64,000 nt of DNA from Mustelus asterias. Its lineage: Eukaryota. The notes below the pieces were generated by a model that saw only the letters and a program-made list of their open reading frames with translations, made no database searches and was not told the origin of the DNA. The stretch covers positions 17,360,001-17,424,000 of the forward strand of contig NC_135830.1 of assembly GCF_964213995.1 (NCBI RefSeq). The letters are read 5' to 3'. The position numbers and the translations under genes are program-made. Shown one piece after another: positions 25,971 to 39,290 of the stretch (the stretch's first letter is position 1; every line of letters starts with the position of its first letter).

Positions 25971-27283
25971 GTTTCAGATGATATACAGTGGCTATTATTC
26001 CAGTTCCACATTTTTACATCCAAAATGTACCACTGTTGCTTTTTTATTTAGTGTTCCTGCCTGCTATCCTATCCTATCTGCGTGCCATCCTATCATTTTG
26101 TTCTGTACCCTTTGCAGCATTTATTGGCCTTGGTACTTCCTTACAACTATGTTTTTTCAGTTCAGGTGAAAGGTCACGTGAACATATTTTTTCTCATTCG
26201 ACAGATACTGGCAGTCATTCTGATTATTTTCAGCATAATCTTGTCTCTGGTTTATACAAGCTAGAATTCAAAATTTATAATCTCTCAAATTTAATATTTT
26301 TGCAGGGAGATCACAGACAGTCGACAAATCATCACTTCCACACCCACCCTGAGCTATGGGGGTATATTTACATAGTTTCTCATTTCGCAATAAAACCCAC
26401 ACACCGAGCTTTAGATTTGCTTCTGTTATTATTTTAGTGCCCAGCAGGTTACTTGGACTGAAATTGACATCAACCCTCCATGATCTCAGCCTCTCATTAT
26501 GTTTGGGAGAGTGTATGTGATAATGTTTGTGTTTGAGTAGGTGTGTGCATTTGTGCAAGTCTCAGTGTTTTACGATGTCTGCATGTTTGTGATTGCATGT
26601 GTGTGTTGTGGGTGTCTACGCGTTTGCCTGTGCCCGTCTGAAAGTGTATGTCTTCGAATGTATGCAAGTTTGCCTGTGTTTGCCTGAGATTGTTTGTCTG
26701 CGAATGTGTTTGCGTGTGTGTGCGAGTTTGCCAGGGTCTGTCTGAGAGCGTATGCCTGTGAATGTGTGTGTGTGCGCGAGTTCACTTGTAGCTGTTTCTG
26801 AGATTGATATCAATTCTGTGAATAGGTTCGTCAGCATTACAATAAAAATAATACGAATAAGAAAAATACCGCAGCACAATCCTCCAACTGTTCTATGTTT
26901 CAACACGATCCTTCAGTAATCTGAGGATTCAGTGATCTCCCAGACAGAGACCATTTACCTCACATCGCCACAAGGGGGAGCGCCCTCAGTGTTTGTGTGT
27001 TCACTGCAGCAGGAGATGAGTGGAATGAAGGATGGTTGTGTTATTGACAATCTTTTCATGTTTCATAAATGTTTATTGTTAAAAACTGATTGGCTGTCCA
27101 GTGATTCTGTTCATCCACATTACTAACTTTCTTACATGGCATCTCAGTGGAACAGAAGTGAAAATGATGGCACCTTTTTACAGAACTGCCTAAGGCCAAT
27201 TCAACCCCAGATGTCAAGGAGAAAAAGCCAGAGATGACAAGATACATTTCCATTTGCAATTTAAACCAAACCCTTTGGAATTT

Positions 27284-30232
27284 CTACTTTAGTATTTTTA
27301 CAATGAGACTGCCAAGATATTTTGCTGCATTTTTCAACTCCTCTCTGAATTTCCTCTGCGTCACTGCATAAATACACGTGTTAGTGCAACAGCTCAGCAG
27401 CTGAAGCATGTTTCCGCTTTCCTGGCGAATGAATTTGGGGTCGTTGAAATTGGACCCTGCGAAATAAGATTCATTTGTAATTTTCACATAGAGCAAATCC
27501 ACAATGTATGTCATCCACAACAGAATAAAGCTTCCCGAGATGATGAAAAGTAAAACAATAGACTTCTTCCTGTTCTTCATTTCTGGATCATTCTGATTCT
27601 CTGCACTGCTGTGAGTCCGGAGTCTCCGGCGGGATCTATTGGCTGCAAGGATGTGTCTCACGGTCAATGCATTAAACGACAAAATCAGAAGGAAAGGCAG
27701 AATAGGATTTAATACACGTGCAAACCAGTCATAGACTGCCCATGAGGAGGAAGTGTAGTAGGTTGATTTTATCTTGCAAAACCAAGGAACATTGTTCACT
27801 ATATAGACTGGCTCATATATAAAGTACGACGGAATCCTTTTCAAACAGTTCAACAAACAAACTGTTCCTATCACCACATCCGCTGTTTTTTCAGTGCAAT
27901 AGTTTGTACGCAATTTCTGGCAGCAAATGGCTACATAACGATCAAAGGTGAAAAATAAGGTTAGCCAAACAGAACACTCCATGATTGCATAGATTATCAC
28001 AGAACTCAGAGTACAGGCTGGAGTCAACGACATAAAACTTACTGGAAAATAAATGCCAATAATCCGATCGAATATCACAGCGACGACAACGACAAGGAGA
28101 TCCGTCACTGCCATGGCAATCAGATACCAAGTAATGCATTTGGAGAGACCACACCTTCCTCGGGACAGAATCACAATCGCCACCACGTTAACTGAGAGGA
28201 AAAATAAAATTAAAGTTGTAAAGTTATTCAACGAATTCCAAACAAGCACTTGGGTGTGACAGACCTATTGGACATGTTTGCCAGTTCACCTTCGTTAGAA
28301 GAGACGGCTATTCTTGTTTTTTTTCAAGGTCAATTGTGTTTCAGAAAGAGCTACAAGGGCAACCTCCAGTTCTGTCGCACCTTTAAGGCAAAAGGTTTCC
28401 CAAGTATTTTAACAGGAAAGTGCTGCAGTACAATTTGACATCTAACAACAGGAGCAGATATTAATTATGTTAAATGCTGAATAACTGGACGTCGAAATAC
28501 GCTTAAGGAAAGCATGTGAGGAACAGAGTGAGGAAGAAAGGCAATGTGATTCCGGGCAATAATTGCAAAGTTAAGGACTGAAAGGCTGAAGATCCCCAGA
28601 TTGTATCCGAAATTTGACATTCAACCTTTGTATCATGTATCCCATAAACGAAATAGTCTGTAGATACGGTTGACATATCAGTTACAGTTGGCATTGTTAA
28701 ACTGTATAATGTGATAAGGATTCAGTTTGGATTGTTAGGATTCCACAGGAATCTTTTCAGTAGTTGGGTGTGTCAAGTTAATACAATTTAAGAAGCATCA
28801 GATGGTTTGCATTAGAAATCCTGCTGGCTTGGAAACAGCAGTTTCCATTCTACTGAGCAATGATATGAATTGTTCCATGATGAGAAATGAAACATGGTAT
28901 ATATTGACTGGAGTTTCAAAGAATGAGAGGCGACCTCATTGAAAGAGAATTCTCAACAGGCTTGACAGAGTATATACTGGGATGTTGTGTCCGATGATTG
29001 TGGAATCATGCCCAAAGTTTGTATTGCTGTAAACGTATTCTCACAGCAACTAGAGGTTTCAAAAACATGAACAGCCTCGCTTCAGTATATGCATGCTGGC
29101 AAGATCAGCCACAGAGTATTGAATGTGTCAGAGACTTAATGAGTAAGATTTGAATTTTAAAAAAATGTGTCAGAGACTTAATGAGTGAGAGCCTGCTGAG
29201 AATTCTCTTTCAACGAGGTCGCATCTCACTCGTTGAAACTCCAGTCGATATATAACTGTAACCCCCTGCTGACCACTATATGGGGCTACTATTTAAATAT
29301 TCAATCAAACAGGGTCCCGAATTCCTAGCGGTTGATGTTGATTTGGCTAATTCCCTGTTTACCCATAAATGTCTGTAGTCTAATCGGAATATCAAAAATA
29401 AATTTAATAAAGAATACAATTAACAGACATAAAACAGTGAGCTCTGATCTATAACCGTTGGGGCCCATCCGTTGGTGCACACATGGGGAAACTCATCCTC
29501 AGTAACACATTTGTAGATACTGTTCCAGTTGGATTGTATAGTCCCCACCAGTTACTCACGACACACACACACAGTCCAGAAGAGACACACGTGTCGAAGA
29601 TGATGCCGCAGGAGGCAGAGGTGTCGCGAGCTATCGGTGCAGCAAAGTAGTTCGAGTGCGCTGAAGGCTGTCCTCCTCGGCAGTAAAGAAAAGAACAGGC
29701 AGGGGAACGCCTGGCTGCCTCTCCCTCCAAACCGAATTCTCACTGCCTGGAAAAAGCTCTCTCTCTGCACACTCCCTCTTCAGCTCTCTCTAGCTGCTTC
29801 ACTTCCTGGCGCCTTTTTTTCCTCCGGCCCCCAGAGCAATCCCATTGGCCCAGCCCACATCACTCAACCAACAGCATCCTGTTCACAGCACCAGCCCGGC
29901 AAACAGGACACTGAAACCCACAAGGGACAAAGAACACTGGTAAATGTCTTCCCCACAAATTTTCCTCAGTCCCTTACATACCATTTTTCGCTTCTCATCA
30001 ATAAAATGCATAATTAAATGGTGAAATGATAGGATACCACTGAGCAAATAAGGTTTTGGAAGCAACCTGGAAACAATTATGTCATGTTCTTTATTGCCAT
30101 GTTCAGCACTTACTTCATAAAACAGCGGCACGTCAAGTTAATGATTTAGTAGAATGACTTACCCGGAACCCCAATGGCAGCAATAATTGGATAGTAAATG
30201 CCATAAACTACACCAGTTATTCGCCCATGCAT
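27284..30232 (-). CDS. GPR139/GPR142-like orphan class A GPCR, two exons (30232-30163 and 28191-27284), 325 aa, intact
   Basis: Exon 1 MHGRITGVVYGIYYPIIAAIGVP G|GTAAGT; acceptor TCTCAG|TT AAC. Seven hydrophobic segments, AMAVTDLL (TM2), FTFDRYVAIC (TM3), PILPFLLIL (TM5), SCCTNTCIY (TM7). The join is in frame (70+908 nt). Confidence 0.88.
29257..29978. mobile_element. Probable solo LTR within the GPCR intron
   Basis: 722-bp segment bounded by TGTAA...TTACA inverted termini; flanking 4-mers TAAC/TACC are an imperfect TSD; no coding capacity. Confidence 0.5.
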
Positions 30233-31407
30233 TCTGTTTGAGAAACAATGACAGTTGATCACAGGGATTCTCTGTGACAAGGTCAAATAAACCCACATTT
30301 ATGCCATTGGAAATCTATAGGGAGGCAATTAACTTCCACAATTATTTACAGTTAGTTAAACAAACTGATTAAGCAGTAACTTTCCATGTTCATTCAGGGA
30401 GGGGTTTAGAATGTTGCGAGACCGCAGGGAGGCTGCGATCCGTGGAACCTAACATAGTTTAGAATTAATTAGCTAATACTCGCGCAAATGTAAGATATGC
30501 TTATCATGTGGAATATTCATTAATAGGAATTACCTAAGAAATATTATAGCCATGATGCTGAAGCCGGCATAGCTCAGTGACATTAGAACAGAAGAGAATC
30601 GGAATGGCAATTATAGTCATATTCTGTCGAATGCCCTCCCAGAACTGAAGTAAAAGTCAACTGCATAGTTCCACACAGTATAAATGATGCCGGCAGAAGC
30701 CACCGGTCATCCACAACAGAAAACCTGCATTCTCACGACACATTTACGCATTTACACAGCACGCTAAACACATAAAATTCTCCAAAGCCCATCACGTGGG
30801 AGGGTCAACCAAGTTCAGACTGCAGAACATATGGAAATTATCAGATATTTTTTATACCAGTCCTAGGCCTCTTGATTATTATAGTGGTTTCTTTCCATAT
30901 TTATGTTTCGCTGAACCACATTACGATTGTGCTGGTCAGACCCTCCTTGGGCATTGCATGAGGCACTGTTTCCGATGGTTCGCAGGTGAATAAAGGCATA
31001 AGATTCCACAGATTCTGAATAAAAACTAACTTTGCTATACACAATTTGAAAGGTAAAACATCCAAGGGCTTTAGGGAACAATGGTTGATCGGATGGTCGT
31101 TTACAAGGGCATATGTCAAAGGTTTGTTTGAGAAGTTGGTGATGACAGTGAATTTGAAGGGGAGAGAGAGAGCTATTCACACCACACGCAATTTCTCTCT
31201 TGCATTCACACACACACACGTTCACAAGGTGATTCGGACGGTAAATACATGGGTTACGGGGATAGGGCCTGGGTGGGATTGTTGTCGGTGCAGGCTTGAT
31301 AGGCCGAATGGCCTCTCTCTGCACTATCGGGATTCTATAATCACAGGAACTGCTGATATCTAACTGGAGTGTATGGTGATTGTAACGACAATGTATCTTT
31401 AATTTTT

Positions 31408-32250
31408 AAGACCATAAGACCATAAGACATAGGAGCGGAAGTAAGGCCATTCGGCCCATCGAGTCCACTCCACCATTCAATCATGGTTGATTTCAACTCC
31501 ATTTACCCGCTCTCTCCCCATAGCCCTTAATTCCTCGAGAAATCAAGAATTTATCAATTTCTGTCTTGAAGACGCTCAACGTCTCGGCCTCCACAGCCCT
31601 CTGTGGCAATGAATTCCACAGACCCACCACTCTCTGGCTGAAGAAATTTCTCCTCATCTCTGTTCTAAAGTGACTCCCTTTTATTCTAAGGCTGTGCCCC
31701 CGCGTCCTAGTCTCCCCTGTTAATGGAAACAACTTCCCTACGTCCATCCTATCTAAGCCGTTCATTATCTTGTAAGTTTCTATCAGATCTCCCCTCAACC
31801 TCCTAAACTCCAATGAATATAATCCCACGATCCTCAGACGTTCATCGTATGTCAGGCCTACCATTCCTGGGATCATCCGTGTGAATCTCCGCTGGACCCG
31901 CTCCAGTGCCAGTATGTCCTTCCTGAGGTGTGGGGCCCAAAATTGCTCACAGTACTCCAAATGGGGCCTAACCAGTGCTTTATAAAGCCTCAGAAGTACA
32001 TCCCTGCTTTTTTATTCCAAGCCTCTTGAGATAAATGACAACATTACATTTGCTTTCTTAATTACGGACTCAACCTGCAAGTTTACCTTTAGAGAATCCT
32101 GGACTAGGACTCCCAAGTCCCTTTGCACTTTAGCATTATGAATTTTGTCACCGTTTAGAAAATAGTCCATGCCTCTATTCTTTTTTCCAAAGTGTACGAC
32201 CTCGCACTTGCCCACGTTGAATTTCATCAGCCACTTCTTGGACCACTCTA
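31408..32250 (-). mobile_element. CR1 LINE, 5'-truncated
   Basis: ORFs 32012-32227 and 31493-31960 (KFNVGKCEVVHFG; LEYCEQFWAPHLRKD; RLRGDLIETYK); (ATAAGACC)n tail. Confidence 0.9.
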
Positions 32251-34834
32251 TTGAATATCACTCTGTTTTGGGACTTAATTAAACAATGTCAGCTGTCCAA
32301 TAGTTACTTTGCCACATCATTAAGTTTTTCGTCTGTCAGCTTCACTAAGTTGGGCGAAGATATGCTGAGTGATTTGTTGTACATGAAACAACCATATGGT
32401 CCAGATATTACAACCCTCCGTCGACATACTATTCATGTTCCCTCTTTCTGTCCTTGAGATGAAGATTCGCCATCAGCAGTGGAAGAATCTGCAGAAGAGC
32501 GGGAATATCTCCTGGTGATGGACAGTCGATATTTCCTGATAGTTTGGGGATTGAATTCGTTCAAAAACTCTGGAAGGAATGAAGGTAGTCGACACAGATG
32601 AAATAAAGGACCTGGTTGAATTAATGAAGTACTGGAGAACAAAGAGGAGAATGTAGAATAACGTCTTTCGGGCCCGTCTATGGATATATCCATCAATTCA
32701 TTCATTGATTCCAGAAACAAAATGGCCTGGCATCCAAATGTCACTGTTTGTTACATTACCCCCGTCACCTCTTTATTTTTTCGGGCAGACAGTGGCATAT
32801 TTTTAATGGAATTTGACCAGTAATCGAGATGCCGGGTTAATGCTGTGGCGATATGGGAACAAATCCCATCAGAGTAGCTGGTGAATTTGAAGGCAATTTG
32901 AGTAGAATTTGGAATACCGACAAACAGTTACGATGGGAACCTCTCTGATCCACCAGTGAACTGAATCCTCCATCGTACCCTGGACTCAACTACATTTGTC
33001 TCCAGATGGAGGGCAATATGACTAACTCTTCAAAATGTATCCTCTGCCTTGTAGCCTGCTTGTATTTTCTGTTCGCCAGCAACCCATCCATCAAATGTTA
33101 TAATCTGTTGGCGCGATCCTCCATAGGACTGTTGTAGCTAAGAGGGACAACATAAATTGAATAACTTCCCTTTTCTTGGAAATCGGAACACTTCGCATCC
33201 GTTCACAATCTAAAAATATAAGATTATCACCAGCGTTGTTGTTGTTGTTCTTTATAAATAGACGTCATTGACGATGTTAAATGTTCGAAGCTGGCTGGCA
33301 GTCAAGTGGCCAATACTGAGCAAACAGAAATTTTATTTACTGCACAAACACCCCAGTTGCTTCCTGTTGTTGACATCGGACTTTCCAGCCTCCCTGACTG
33401 CAGTCTGTTGGGTTGCTTTTAAATACCGTGCAGGGCAGATTAACGTAAATCTGAATGATCAAAATGGGATCGATCTGTTCAAATAATAAACGTTTCAGCT
33501 GCACAGCAATGACACATTTAAATGGTATTCCATCTGAAGAAATTTATTTAGTGACAATCGTGTCCACTTTGAGATTAAACAAGATGATAAAATAGTAACT
33601 TGAACATTTAACATTTTCTTATGCATTCATGGGACATGGGCACCACTGGCGGGCCAGCATTAATTGCCCTTCTCCAGTCACGCTTGGAGGACAGTTGAGA
33701 GTCAACCACATTGCTGTGGCTCTGGAGTCACATATAGGCCAGACCAGGTAAGGACAGCAGATTTCTTCCCTCAAGGACATTAGAACGAGGACATGATTTA
33801 ATTCATAGAATTTCCAAATCAAGAGTATGCTCGTTCTTAAAGCCCGTTTAATAGTAATTTAGTGAAGTACGGGTGCTGTGAATGAGTGGAGAAATATGCT
33901 TCAGTGGAATGTAACACATTTATTCTTGTGATATTGTGTAAAATGCCGCAAAGTCCTGATATTCTGTGCTCCCAACATCAGTGAATGTTAGACAGCCGAT
34001 CAAATAAGCTGCAATGATTTGGATGCCGAAGGAGAAATTTACTGATCGCGTAACCGTTCCGATTCATTAACTTCTGTGTCAGATGCTGATGTAAATGTAA
34101 ATATTTCTCTGTCAACTCACTAGTTAAATATCAGGCAAGCGTGCTAATGGCACAGGGCCATGTTAGGCTCAGTGGCAGTTCGACAAATGTAAGGAGCAAT
34201 AATGTAAAAGAAAATGAGGTGGCTCTTGTTATTTGCAGATCCAAAATGCATAAGGATAGCCATTCACATTTTAAATAGAATCACTTTGTTCACGCCCCCC
34301 CCCCCCCCCGCATTTAGTTACATAAATGGATCACAATTCGTCTGAGAGATGATACTTCATTGTTGTGATCAGATAGAGACCCGTTGCAAATTAGACACGA
34401 CAGACGCCCCATTCCATCCTCAAGTATTTTACTCGTTTTTATATTCAGTTCATTACCTAACGGTGTAGGGAAGCAGGGACACTTTCCCATGGAACTTCGT
34501 TTTCTTTATTAACAGATGCGCAAATGCAGTTTCAGTAATGGGACCAGCGGATTACAATGAGTCCATTCAGTCAAACCATATCCCGATACATATAAAATGT
34601 CAATTTTAATAATAATCTATTGTAAACCTTGGAGTCCACTCTGTTGGGGTAGTGGAAGGTGGGACGTGGATCCAGTTGCCACCTCCACCAGGGAATCAAT
34701 AGGCGGCGCCTGGAAAGCCGCACCCTTCTGCCAGGTATTTAAATGGCGCTCACTGCGACCGGAATCCAACAGTCCGGGAGGTGGTTTGTTCACTGATTTC
34801 CTGACACAACCATTTCCCCCAAATTCTCAGAAGG

Positions 34835-35466
34835 ATGAGCGCGGCGATTTATATCATTTTGCTGCTGGCTTTCTTGTCGGGTGAGTAGTTTTTATTGTCA
34901 AAGTCTCTCAATGTTACTGTCTCAGTGTCAGTCTATCTCTGGAATATTCCAGAGTCAGCAATTATTTGACAAAGATTAGTCCTCGGGGCCATTTATTAAG
35001 TCACTTTTTCCGAGTCTGTTTTAATAATTGATTAATTCACTGAAATGTGTTTGGGTGGATTCTGTTTTGTGTTTTTTTTAATGACTCATGTGATATATTT
35101 TTACAGGTGTCCAGTCGGATGTTGTGTTGAGTTAGCCCGAGGCAGCGATCGGGCGTCGCGGACGCTCCCTGAGACTGACCTGTAATACCAGCGGCATCGA
35201 TCTTGGAAGCGACGGCATGCACTGGATCCGACAGGTTCCGGAACAGAGGTTGGAATTGTTGATTTACTACTTTAGTACATCAACCAGGAAATACGCCGCT
35301 GCGATTCAGAATCGATTTATTGCGAGCAAAAACATTTCAAACAATATCTTCGCTTTGGACATGGGGAGCCTCAAGAGCGAAGACACCGCCATCCATTACT
35401 GTGCAAAAGATAGCAGTGGTTACCATGTATCCTGGGGACAGGGCACCAAGGTGACTGTAACTTCAG
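34835..35466 (+). pseudogene. IGHV: Germline-joined IgM VH-D-JH (leader 34835-34880; VDJ exon 35107-35466) with an in-frame TAG at 35133-35135
   Basis: MSAAIYIILLLAFLS G|GTGAGT...TACAG|GT VQS DVVLS*PEA...[10 protein letters not shown]...MHWIRQVP...[50 protein letters not shown]|GTAAGA. Shark IgM-type V; no RSS or intervening DNA between V and J. Confidence 0.9.
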
Positions 35467-37759
35467 GTAAGAAGCAGCCATTTATTAAGTAAGTTTTTCT
35501 GAGTCTCTGTTTTAAATTTTGGTCTATTTTAATAATATTAATTCACTGAACTGTGGTTGGGTGGATTCTTATTTGTGATTCTTTTGGAATGACTCATGAG
35601 GTTCTACTCAAAAAGGGATGCAGAATTCCGCTGTTTCTTGACAAATGTTTTAGCTGAGGGATCCAGTCCCCTCTTGTTGTGATTTGCTGTTGATATGCAG
35701 CTGTGTGACCGGCTAACTTCAAATACATGAAATCTTTTAAACAGTTGGACGTTACAAAAATGTTTATTTTCGATGACATCTAATCGCTGCAGATTTTATC
35801 ATGTTTGAAGTATGACACAAGCTGAAAAATGTGCTAAAATTTCGATATGTATTTGCTTAATATGAATTTATTTATTTAGTTTGATCCAACTATGCTGAAT
35901 TCAGTTGCAATTCTCCCATAAAGATGTTCAGTTTAACCTTTAATTTATTACGTAATGATGAGTTGTTTTGCTGCATTTTATATTGAGATTTTTTTGCAAT
36001 GTTGCATTTGATTCTGTTTGTCTGTTTGTAGAATTGAGCTGTTTCTCTCTGCATGCGGTTAAGTCCACTGAGTGATGCGATTTATGTTTTTGCTGTTGAG
36101 GAGATTGTTTCTGGGTGACTTTGAAATGTTAAAACTTGTGAAACGCTTTGTCGTTTCGGCATTGTTTAAACTCAGTGGCACTGAGCAGTTACATCTTTTG
36201 GATTCCATCCCTCTATTGATCTGAAACTTTTGGAAACGTGTTTGTAGGCAGAGAACAGGCAGACTTCAGAAATTAAACTATATATTTTTAATGTATTTCT
36301 TTATTTTTGTTGCAACTGGTGATTCAACTAATTCATGGTGTATGACGCTCATTCGGAACAACTTATTACTGCTATCGCAGAATTAATAACTTGTTTGGAA
36401 ATTGTAGAGCAAATTCATGACAACTCATAATATTATGTGGCTGCAATATACTTTAACTAAATATGCTTTCATGGTAATTTAACTCTATCACAATTTTGCA
36501 GCGCTCTGCATACGATCAACACTGCTAGAATTTTTTTTTTGGATTATGGTTCAAATTATTTCAACAAGAAGATACTGCGTCAACAGCAGTGTTAAGTTTT
36601 ACAAGTGGATTGGAAATAATTGTATCCCTGATGAAAACAGATGACTTGAAGTTTTCATTTACCAAAGCAGCAGTTTAACACATGTTTGGCAACATATGTA
36701 TGCAGTTAATACATTTTTGGTATTTTTATTCCTTCGCTGTTCTTGCTATTTGGATAGCGACATAATTGCCATTCCTCCAATCTGAGGCAGACTTCTGAGT
36801 AGTGAACATCGCTGGCAGTCGAGGAATTTATCAAACGATTTTATTTAAATTGTAGGACGGCTCATATTTTATATGATTAAACACTGACAAATCAAAGCAT
36901 GGCTTCAAACAATGAATATAATTTTTAAAAGCTAACTTAAGTTATGAGTTTAAGAACAAAATGTTGTCTCACATCACTGTCCTGTACAGAGAGTAGATTT
37001 ACAGCAGAAAAACAGATAATAGCTAGACCTTATTCATAATTCCCATTAAATATTAATTGGAACAACAGAAACTCAACTCGATTTGATCATTACTTTTCAA
37101 TGTTGCAGATTACCTCAATCACTTTTTTCTCATTAAGTTTATCATTTTTGCATATTCTGTCCATAAACAAAAGTATTTAAAATACATTTTCGTCGATTGT
37201 ACGAATCACCAGAGAAAATATGAAAGAAAAACTAAGTTATTAAAGTTAAGTATTATGTTTACCTATCATATTGGAGTTTCATTATAGTAATCCAGGGAGT
37301 CCTACTTCAGGGACGAGGTGATGTTACTGCCCATCATGTTAGTGCAGTGTGATTCCAGACAGATTTGAAAAGTCCTAAAACGTCCCACTCGTAAATTCAA
37401 CATGGAAAATAATCACTGAGGATATGATGCATTTAAAAACGTAGAGAGTTTATACGTTTATGGATAAATTAGGCATTCGGAGATATGACTCATTTCAAAT
37501 TGGTAAAATTAGATTAGACTTAATTAAATATAATATGGATGTGTGAGTGTTTCCATCTGATAATTTGAAATTGGTTCTAAAACAACAGCTAAGTGTCGTG
37601 TTAGCTTATTTTAACCCAATTGTTACATGAAGTACAAAGCAGAACACTTTTTGGAATCATTAAACAGTGTTTTGTTTTCATACTTTATAAATCAGGTATC
37701 AAGAAAATTAACCTGCAGCTTCTGAAGGAGGGCATTTATCTTCACTTGAAGTTAAAGTT

Positions 37760-38046
37760 TTTTTTAAAACTTTATTTATTAGTCGCAAGTAAGGCTTATA
37801 TTAACACTGCAATGTATTTACTGTGATAATTTCCCTAGTCGCCACACTCTATCGCCTGTTCGGGTCAATGTACTTAATTAGCACGCCTTTCAGACTGTGG
37901 GATCAAATCGGAGCACCCGGAGGAAACCCACGCAGGCACAGGGAGAACGTGCAAACTCCACACAGACAGTGACCCAAGCCAGGAAACGAACCCGGGTATC
38001 TGGCACCGTGAGGCAGCACTGCTACCCACCGTGCCACCGTGCCGCT
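37760..38046 (-). mobile_element. V-SINE (HE1-related)
   Basis: GGAGCACCCGGAGGAAACCCACGCAG core and tRNA-like head. Confidence 0.8.
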
Positions 38047-39290
38047 TGGAGAAGCTGGCCAAAGTTAGTCAGCATGGCTTCGTCAGAAGGAGGTCATGCC
38101 GAAAGTATTTGATTACTTTTTCAAGGAGGTGAACAGGGTAGTGAAGCCGATGGAGTTTCCATGGACTTCAGCAAAACCTTCGACAAGACCCCACATGGGA
38201 GACTTGCAATGAACATAAATTCACATGGGATACGAGGTGATTCAATCAAGTGCATTCAAAATTGACTCATTTGTCGGAGACAGAGGGCGATGACAGAAGG
38301 CTGCTGTAGTGACTGGAAGCCAATGTCCAGTGGCGTACCACAGGGATCTATCTTAGGGTGCGAATTGTTTGCCACTTACATAAATGACATTGGTAACTAT
38401 GTGGAGGGTACGATTAGTAAATTTGTGGATGAGACAAAGACTGGACAGGTGGTTAGCAGTGAGGCGGGGTGTCTTGGCCTACAAGACTACATAGATGGAA
38501 TGGTGAAATGGGCAGATAAGTGACAGATTAAATTTAACCATGAAAATTGTGAGGTGATACACTTTGGAAGGAGTAATTTGACAAGAAAGCATTAAATGAA
38601 TAGTACGACACAAGGCCGTTTGTCCACAAATCTCTGAAAGCAGAAGGGCATGTTAGTAGGGTGGTGAAAAACACATGTGGGACACTTACCTTTATCAATC
38701 GAGGCATAGAGTACAAAAACAGGGAAGTCATGTTGGAGTTGTATAGAACTTTGGTGAGGCCACAGCTGGTGTGTTGTGTATAGTTTGGAAGGATGTGACT
38801 GCACTGGAGAGGGTACAGAGGAGATTCACCACGATGCTGCCTTGGATAGAACATTTAAGTTATGAAGAGATGTTGCGTAGGCTTGAGTTGTTTTCAGTCG
38901 AGCAGAGAAGACTGAGGGGCGACCTGATGGAGTGTACAGGATTATGGGACATGGATAGAGTGGATAGGGAGCAGCTGCTCCCCTTAGTTGAAGGGTCCGT
39001 CCGAGGGACAGAGGTTCAACGTGCGAAGCAGGAGGTTGAGGCGAACGTGGGGAAAACGATTTTTACCCAGTGGGTTGTGATGGTCTGGAATTTGCTGCCT
39101 GGGAGGGTAGTAGAAGCGGGTTGCCTCACATCCATTAAAAAGCATCTGGATGAGCACTTGGCACATCTTAACATGCAGAGCTGTAGGCTAAGTTCTGGCA
39201 AATGGGATTAGGGGGGAGGTTAGGTGACCCTAAAGTGTCGCTGTGGACTCGATGTATCGAATGGTCTCTTATGTTCTCTATGATTGCTCA
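38047..39290 (+). mobile_element. Degenerate CR1 LINE RT fragment
   Basis: SGVPQGSILG...KFVDETK (38290-38523); LERVQRRFT...RRLRGDL (38771-39211). Confidence 0.85.

Noticed and set aside
25442-26906. Cys/Val-rich and His/Thr-rich ORFs
   Set aside because: Translations of degenerate TG microsatellites.
26990-27030. ACACAAACA nonamer-like sequence beside a CTCF-like motif, as a possible RSS
   Set aside because: No heptamer at 12- or 23-bp spacing.
34231-34525. Octamer-like motifs upstream of the IgM leader
   Set aside because: Only imperfect matches (ATTTGCAG, TTGCAAAT, GCGCAAAT), expected by chance; shark VH promoters are not known to need an octamer.
35133-35135. Rescue of the VH TAG by read-through, editing, or initiation at ATG 35217
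   Set aside because: No supporting signal. ATG 35217 lies after the first Cys and lacks a leader. Other damaging V changes favour a pseudogene.
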